Of a DNA stretch of 37,514 nucleotides, positions 32,130 to 37,514 are shown one piece after another. The DNA is taken from positions 1 through 37,514 of the forward strand of contig CAIYZX010000150.1 in the NCBI GenBank assembly GCA_903930745.1, written 5' to 3'. A model generated the notes under the pieces. It did no database searches, was not told the DNA's origin, and worked only from the letters and a program-made list of their open reading frames with translations. This DNA is from an uncultured Chloroflexota bacterium (GTDB lineage Bacteria > Chloroflexota > Limnocylindria > Limnocylindrales > CSP1-4). The stretch's first letter is position 1. Every line of letters starts with the position of its first letter. The translations under genes and the position numbers were made by a program.

Positions 32130-33515
32130 TCAGGATGGCACCGGTGCCGGGTCCGCCGCGCCGGCGTTCAGCAGGGCGACGTGGCGGAGCACCGGGTGGA
32201 TGACGTACCAGGTCCGCGCAGGCCCGTCCTGGGGCCGGCCCACGATCGCGCGCCCGCCGGCCTCCGCGACCAGCACGTCGCGCAGGAGCGCGGCGCGCAT
32301 CCACGGGTCGAAGGCGTGGTCAAGGGCGACCGGGTCCGCGGGCGGATCGAACTCGCGCTCTGCGACGACCTGGCCCGTGTCGATCCCGGCGTCCAGGAGG
32401 AGCGCCGTGGCCGTGAGCCGGCCCTCCTCCAGCAGCTGGTAGTACATGGGCGTGCTGCCCCGGTGGCCAGGGAGACGGCCCGGGTGCACGTGCAGGTAGC
32501 GCAGACCCTCGACCCGGAAGAAGGACGGGGCGAGGAGAATGCCCGCGGGCGGCGCGATCACGACCGTCGCGGGCGCGACGGCGGCGAGCGCCGCCACCAC
32601 CTCGGGGGCGTCCAGGCGAGGCACGTCCAGCGCGGTCGCCGGGATCCGCCGCCCGCGCAGCGCGTCCGCGAGGGGCGTGATGTTGTCGAAGAGCGGGGTG
32701 GGCACGCGGCCGGCCCCAGGCAGTGCCGCCCCCTCCAGGGCGACGAGGACAACCGAGTCCGGGGCGCAGCCGGCGGCGGACAGCAGGTCCAGGTACGCGC
32801 GGGCGCGCGCCGTGTCCGCGGCCAGCATCACCACCCGGCGGCGTTCGGCGGCTGCGGAGCCGGCGGACGCGGGCGGCGCAGCCCAGGTGGGGCCCACTGG
32901 CGGCCCGGACGGAACGGGCAACGGCCTCGACGCCAGCTGCGCCACCATGCGAAGCTCCGCCTCCAGCGCATCCGCCGCGACGCCGGCGACCTGCCCTCGA
33001 AGCGACCCGGGCGCCGCCGTGGCGAGGTGGGTGACGATGTCCCCGGCCTTGAGCAGCGTGGACAGGAGACCCGCATCGGGCGCATCCGCTCCGAGCGCCG
33101 CCTCCCGGGCCAGGAAGGCTGCCAGCCAGGCGTACGCCTGTGGGGAGGCCTCGTCGTCCGAGGCAGGGCGCAGCTCGGCCGTGTAGGCCGCGCGGAGACG
33201 GCGGGCGACCTCCAGCTTGCGCACCAGGACGTCGCGCCAGGCCTCGGCCGTCGCCCGGGTGACGGTCCCCTCCGCCAGGGCGCGCACGACGGTGCCGGTC
33301 GCCACCGGTCCTTGGCCCGGCGCCGGGAGCGTCGCGGGAGCCCCACCCGGCTCCGTGAGCGCCGGCGCCTCCGCGTCCTCGGCGGCCAGCAGGCGCTCGA
33401 TGGCGCGCGTCCGCGCCGCGCGGTACGCCTCCAGGAAGGCTCGTCCGCCGAACGGCGTGTAGAAGTACCGGCCCTGCACCGGCCGCGGATCCTCCTCCGC
33501 GTAGACGTACCTCAC
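32130..33515 (-). CDS. hypothetical protein with C-terminal formyltransferase-fold domain (Fmt/PurN N-domain-like)
   Basis: 461 aa; GTG start overlaps the upstream stop (GTGA). aa ~226-440: VVIAPPAGILL...YLHVHPGRLPGHRGSTPMYYQLLEEG...ALLLDAGIDTGQVV resembles the formyl_trans_N core (xNxHPSLLPxxRG...DxGxDTG), but with His in place of the catalytic Asn. The N-terminal 220 aa is unassigned. Confidence 0.65.
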   Translation of the reverse strand: MRYVYAEEDPRPVQGRYFYTPFGGRAFLEAYRAARTRAIERLLAAEDAEAPALTEPGGAPATLPAPGQGPVATGTVVRALAEGTVTRATAEAWRDVLVRKLEVARRLRAAYTAELRPASDDEASPQAYAWLAAFLAREAALGADAPDAGLLSTLLKAGDIVTHLATAAPGSLRGQVAGVAADALEAELRMVAQLASRPLPVPSGPPVGPTWAAPPASAGSAAAERRRVVMLAADTARARAYLDLLSAAGCAPDSVVLVALEGAALPGAGRVPTPLFDNITPLADALRGRRIPATALDVPRLDAPEVVAALAAVAPATVVIAPPAGILLAPSFFRVEGLRYLHVHPGRLPGHRGSTPMYYQLLEEGRLTATALLLDAGIDTGQVVAEREFDPPADPVALDHAFDPWMRAALLRDVLVAEAGGRAIVGRPQDGPARTWYVIHPVLRHVALLNAGAADPAPVPS

Positions 33516-34051
33516 GGCGACGGCTCTCGTGGGGTCTGCGCGGACCGGGGGGCCATCAACGCCACCACCCGGTCCACCTGTCGTTCGAGCGCCTCCACGG
33601 CGTGGTCCGCGCCCAGCACGAGATCGGGCGCCGCGGGCCGTGGGAACGGGATGTCAACGCCCACCACGTCCTGGATGCGGCCCGCCCGAGCCCCGGAGTA
33701 CAGCCCCTTCTGGTCGCGTGCCTCCAGGACCTCCCAGGGCACGTCCAGGAAGACCTCCGCGTAACGTCCGAACTCCCTGCGGTTCTGGGCGAGACGCTCG
33801 GGATCGATCGCCAGGACGCAGGCCACGACCTCCACCCCCTGGTCCTCCAGCAGCCGGCAGAGTCCGGCGATCCGGCTGCCGTTCCGCATCCGGTCCGCCA
33901 GGCCGTGCCCAAGATCGTTGCCGAAGACCGTCCGCACGGCGTCGCCGTCCAGCAGCACCACGGTCCTCCCGTCGCGGCGCAGACGATCCACCACCGCGCG
34001 TCCCAGGGTGCTCTTGCCCGATCCCGCCAGGCCCACGATCCAGGTGATCAC
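33512..34051 (-). CDS. P-loop kinase of the adenylylsulfate (APS) kinase family; Cj1415-like candidate
   Basis: GTG 34051 overlaps the upstream stop (GTGA); the rest of track ORF 33512..34939 is out-of-phase read-through. IVGLAGSGKSTLGRAV, VVLLDGDAVR, GNDLGHGLADRMRNGSRIAGLCRLL, LDVPWEVLEARDQKGLY. 179 aa. Confidence 0.8.
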   Translation of the reverse strand: MITWIVGLAGSGKSTLGRAVVDRLRRDGRTVVLLDGDAVRTVFGNDLGHGLADRMRNGSRIAGLCRLLEDQGVEVVACVLAIDPERLAQNRREFGRYAEVFLDVPWEVLEARDQKGLYSGARAGRIQDVVGVDIPFPRPAAPDLVLGADHAVEALERQVDRVVALMAPRSAQTPREPSP

Positions 34052-34845
34052 GCACCGGCCTCCGGTTCCGCCCCACGGGCGGCGGACGGGCGCTCCGCCC
34101 AGCGCTCCTCGGCGACCGGGATGTCCTCCGGCCGGTCGATCTCCACCCAGCCCGCGCGGAACGTGACGGCATGCACCATCCCGCGACCAGCCAGCACGTC
34201 GAGGACGTCCGTCATGTAGAGCGCACGCAGGCTCGGCCGCCGGCCGAGCACCGTTCGACCCGCCGCCGCGTCGTCCCTGGCCTCGGCGAAGACGTCGCGC
34301 AGGGCCTGGACCCCGGCCCCCTCGAATGCCACGAGGCCGATGTACTGGCCCTGGACCTCGTCCATGGATGCCGGGCGACCGCCCAGCGTCTCGATCCGCC
34401 CGTCCGGGAGCAGCCGCATCGTCTCCGTGTCCGCCAGCGGATCCTCCGAGCGGGCCTCCCAGTAGGGGCGCCACGCGAGGTCCACGGCGCACCGGACGGG
34501 TCCGGCGCCGTCCAGCACGGCCCGCAGGATGGACGGGTCGTACGCGATGTCCCCGTAGCTCATCACGAAGCCGGCACCGAACTCCTCGGCCGCGCAGAAG
34601 AGGGTCTGGACCATGTTGGTGGAGGCATAGGCCGGGTTCTCCAGCAGCCGCACATCGAACCCCGCGAGGTGGGCGATGCCGTGGCCGCCCACCACCACGA
34701 CGTCGCGGATCCCGCAGCTCGCGGCCGCCTCCAGCGTCCAGGCGAGGAGTGGCCGCCCGGCAAGCGGGACGAGGGCCTTGGGGCGATCGGCGGTGAGCGC
34801 GCCAAGGCGTGTCCCCTGCCCCGCCGCAAGCACGACCAGGCGCAT
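34048..34845 (-). CDS. sugar/phospho-head-group nucleotidyltransferase (LicC/GlmU-type NTP transferase); Cj1416-like candidate
   Basis: ATG 34845 lies inside track ORF 34048..35400, 2 nt after the upstream stop. MRLVVLAAGQGTRLGALTADRPKALVPLAGRPLLAW, ENPAYASTNMVQTL, SYGDIAY. 265 aa. Confidence 0.82.
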   Translation of the reverse strand: MRLVVLAAGQGTRLGALTADRPKALVPLAGRPLLAWTLEAAASCGIRDVVVVGGHGIAHLAGFDVRLLENPAYASTNMVQTLFCAAEEFGAGFVMSYGDIAYDPSILRAVLDGAGPVRCAVDLAWRPYWEARSEDPLADTETMRLLPDGRIETLGGRPASMDEVQGQYIGLVAFEGAGVQALRDVFAEARDDAAAGRTVLGRRPSLRALYMTDVLDVLAGRGMVHAVTFRAGWVEIDRPEDIPVAEERWAERPSAARGAEPEAGA

Positions 34846-34847
34846 GG

Positions 34848-37514
34848 TCAGGGGACCGCCGGCGCCGGGCGGACACGCCCGTTGCCGCAGTCGAGGTCCA
34901 CGGCCGGAGCGCCCGCGAGCGTCTCGTAGATCGCGGCACCGCAGCCGATGGCGGCCGGCAGGTTGAACTCCGCGGCGCGGATCGCCATGTGGGAGCCCAT
35001 GCCGCCGTATTCCGTGACCAGCCCGGCGATGCGGTGGCTGAAGATCCAGTCGTACCCGGGGTCGGCTGCGCGGATCAGCACGATCGCGCCGTCGAGATCC
35101 GGACGGCCGACGGCCTCGTCCAGGGCCACAGCCGGCGCCACGACGCGGGCGGACGTGACGAAGTTCGGCCTGCCGCGTCCCTGCCGGAACGCAAGGACCT
35201 CGTCCGGGCCGCGGATCAGGTCCGGCAGGCGGATCGCCGACGTGAGGGCCGCCTGCTTGCGCTGCTGGCCCGCCGTCCGCCGGAGCCTGGCCGTGGTCGC
35301 ACCGGTCAGGCTGTCCGTCGCGAAGAGCAGGATCTCGTCGACGTGGAGGAACGAGAGGTCGTCGCGCGTCAGGCCGATGGCGTCGCCAAAGCCCGCACAC
35401 GTCTCCAGGACCAGGTCAAGGTCCTTCATGAACTCGAACTTGGCCTGCTCGCGCGCGGCGATGGCGGCCCGGATGAACGCCAGGAGCCCGGCGGCATCGC
35501 CCGGCAGCCCGGCCTCCGCGAGGAGCCCGCCGATCGCCTCCGCCGCTCCTGCGAAGACACCGGCGGCCATAGCGGCCGTGGCCGCCGGCTCGGGCGCCTC
35601 GCCAACGCGCGCACCCGCGGAGCCGAGGACCCGGTCAAGCGACGCCGCGTAGTTGGGTGCCGTGATCTCGTACGAGTTGGAGCGCAGGTGGCCGAAGCGC
35701 CCGACGAACCGCGCGGTGGACTCCGGGGTTCCGTCCACGGCGGCGATCGCAGAGGCCGTCTCCGCCGCCACCGTGGGGATGGAGCGCAGGACCAGGGCGG
35801 CGTCCGCCTCCGAGATGGCACCCCTGGCAACGAGCGAGCGGAGCAGCGCCATGGCGATGAAGGCCTGCCGGGCGAGGACCGCGAACGGCTCCACCCCGTG
35901 GTGGAGGCATCGCTCAAGGTGATCGCGCAGGGCACGACCCATCGCCGGGGCCCCTGCGGGCGGCAGCGCGAGCGCCGTGGCCCGGCGGGCGGCCAGCCGG
36001 TCAAGGGCGCCGAGCTCCGCGACGACAGACCCGTCCCCGCCTGCCAGGACGCGCGCGGTGATCTCACGCAGGCCGTCCAGGAACCGGCGGATGGCGTCCT
36101 CGTCCAGCCCGGCAGCGCGCATCCGTGCTGCATGATCCGGCCAGTCGAAGGCGAGGCACGTGGGCGTGATCTCGAACTCGATCTTGTCGTGGAGGTGCGG
36201 GTTGGCCGCGATCCGGTCCAGGCAGGCGTCGATCCACGCCGCGGCCGTGCCCTCGTCCAGCGACGAGGGCAGGAACGACGCAAGCGAGGCGCGGACGTCC
36301 ACGTACGGGCGGCCGGCCACCGACAGGATCAGGGGCTCCGGCTCCAGGTCCCGGTAGCCCATCCGGGCACGGGCATGGGCCCAGGCCCGGTCGCCCACCA
36401 GCCGCTGATAGAGGGAGAGGGCCAGCGGACGCGGCGCGGCGCCGATCATCTCGGCGGGGTTCCAGTCCGGCATGTTGCCAAGGAGCGAGCGGCGGCCGGG
36501 CACGCCGGCGCGCGGGCCGGTGCGCTCCGCGACGAACTCGCGCGCGCAGCCGACCAGCAGCAGCAGGTCCTCGTCGGCGACGGACCGCTCCTTCGCGGGC
36601 TGTGCGGCCACCAGCGGGCGGACCTGGAAGAGATAGATGGTCCCATCGGCCGCCAGGCCGAACTCGATGTCCAGCGCGTCGAGGTAGGCCAGCGAGATGA
36701 GCTCGCGGCCCAGGTCCAGCAGCCGGTCCACGTCCGGGTCGCCCTGCGTGCCCGCGACGGACCACGAGGCGTAGACGGTCTCCAGCTCCCCGTCCGCGCC
36801 GGACGTGACCACGTCGGACCTCCCGGACGTGCGGTCCATCGTCAGCACGAAGTACGGGGCGCCGGTTGCGAGGTCGCGGGTGAACAGCACGCCGTTGCCC
36901 GCGAGGTCCGCAACGTGCGGCTGGACCAGGATCTCGTCGAGGGGGTTGGGGTCCCGCCCGTCGATGGCATAGCTGGCCACCACCCGCCCGACGGCGGCGG
37001 CGAAGGCGCCGGCCTGCGAGAGCGGGACGTCCAGCACGGAGTCGAAGTAGCCGGCCGCGGACGTGGTGGCCGCGTCCTCGGATACCGTGCTGCTGCGGAC
37101 AACCACGGACGGCACCGTGGGAAAGGCCGCCCGGACGGCCGCCTCCACCGCCGCCGGGTCTGCCGCCCAGTCCGCGACCGTGCACCGGACCTGGTCCAGG
37201 ACCACGGCCCGCCGCGTGAGGGCGGCGATGCCGGCCAGCGTGCGGGCCTTGCCCCGGAAGATGGTGCCCACGAGGGCGGCCTGGTCGCCCACGGGCGCGG
37301 CGAGGTTGGTGAGGTCGATGCGCGCGATGTCGCCCAGGGATGCCACCAGGGCGTCGAGACCGGCGGACGGATCCGCCGCCACGAGCGAGCCTGCCACCGC
37401 AAGGACGGCGTCGAGCCGGTCCGCGGGGATGACGAGGCTTCCCGCGAAGACCGCGCCGCCGCCGTCCGGGAAGCGGACGCCCGCCCGGATCCCGGTGCCC
37501 GCCAGGAGCCGCTC
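34848..37514 (-). CDS. PEP-synthase/PPDK-type ATP-grasp kinase with swivelling phosphohistidine domain and no PEP/pyruvate TIM-barrel; Cj1418-like candidate (5' end possibly outside window)
   Basis: The track gives GTG 37397 (849 aa), but the frame stays open to 37514 (…ERLLAGTGIRAGVRFPDGGGAVFAGSLVIPADRLDAVLAVAGSL…). PPDK_N signatures FRGKARTLAGI, VVVRSSTVSEDAATTSAAGYFDSVLDV, NMPDWNPAEMIG. C-terminal mobile domain VLIRAADPGYDWIFSHRIAGLVTEYGGMGSHMAIRAAEFNLPAAIGCG. Confidence 0.85.
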   Translation of the reverse strand, partial: ERLLAGTGIRAGVRFPDGGGAVFAGSLVIPADRLDAVLAVAGSLVAADPSAGLDALVASLGDIARIDLTNLAAPVGDQAALVGTIFRGKARTLAGIAALTRRAVVLDQVRCTVADWAADPAAVEAAVRAAFPTVPSVVVRSSTVSEDAATTSAAGYFDSVLDVPLSQAGAFAAAVGRVVASYAIDGRDPNPLDEILVQPHVADLAGNGVLFTRDLATGAPYFVLTMDRTSGRSDVVTSGADGELETVYASWSVAGTQGDPDVDRLLDLGRELISLAYLDALDIEFGLAADGTIYLFQVRPLVAAQPAKERSVADEDLLLLVGCAREFVAERTGPRAGVPGRRSLLGNMPDWNPAEMIGAAPRPLALSLYQRLVGDRAWAHARARMGYRDLEPEPLILSVAGRPYVDVRASLASFLPSSLDEGTAAAWIDACLDRIAANPHLHDKIEFEITPTCLAFDWPDHAARMRAAGLDEDAIRRFLDGLREITARVLAGGDGSVVAELGALDRLAARRATALALPPAGAPAMGRALRDHLERCLHHGVEPFAVLARQAFIAMALLRSLVARGAISEADAALVLRSIPTVAAETASAIAAVDGTPESTARFVGRFGHLRSNSYEITAPNYAASLDRVLGSAGARVGEAPEPAATAAMAAGVFAGAAEAIGGLLAEAGLPGDAAGLLAFIRAAIAAREQAKFEFMKDLDLVLETCAGFGDAIGLTRDDLSFLHVDEILLFATDSLTGATTARLRRTAGQQRKQAALTSAIRLPDLIRGPDEVLAFRQGRGRPNFVTSARVVAPAVALDEAVGRPDLDGAIVLIRAADPGYDWIFSHRIAGLVTEYGGMGSHMAIRAAEFNLPAAIGCGAAIYETLAGAPAVDLDCGNGRVRPAPAVP

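Noticed and set aside
34052-34939. N-terminal 296 aa of track ORF 33512..34939, and likewise the N-terminal extension of 34048..35400
   Set aside because: The extensions are Arg/Pro/Gly-rich read-through lying inside the upstream genes in another frame. Recognisable domains begin at GTG 34051 (P-loop) and ATG 34845 (NTP-transferase G-x-G-T-R loop), each abutting the upstream stop.

Overview
Very GC-rich bacterial chromosomal segment (by eye about 70% G+C or more, not computed). Real genes show strongly G/C-biased third codon positions, and each one casts long Arg/Gly/Pro/Ala-rich shadow ORFs in other frames. The window is one contiguous motility supercluster with 33 supported CDS. (1) A minus-strand basal-body/export operon, flgC-fliE-fliF-fliG-fliH-fliI-fliJ-[M23 peptidase + lytic transglycosylase]-flgB-[low-complexity protein in the FliK position], with most junctions (flgB back to fliH) overlapping by 4 nt (ATGA/GTGA). 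(2) A cytoplasmic HisKA_3 kinase / NarL-LuxR regulator pair, followed by flaG. (3) cheC-cheD-cheY-cheB. (4) A translationally coupled minus-strand signalling trio wedged between the two che operons: a pseudo-receiver + degenerate GGDEF with intact I-site, a 1494-aa multi-PAS hybrid kinase with two receivers and an HPt, and a receiver with a His-less HPt-like tail. (5) cheW-cheX-cheA-cheR. (6) A minus-strand filament unit, fliC-fliS-[orphan 102 aa]-fliD, behind a sigma-28-like promoter. (7) Directly upstream and co-oriented, a probable flagellin-modification island. It holds a GT-B + GT-A glycosyltransferase with a Cys2His2 zinc-finger-like insert, a formyltransferase-fold protein, and a PEP-synthase-type kinase / nucleotidyltransferase / APS-kinase-like trio. 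That trio is collinear with the Campylobacter cj1418-cj1416-cj1415 phosphoramidate-donor pathway and is the most interesting candidate in the window. No rRNA, tRNA, CRISPR array or transposase was recognised.
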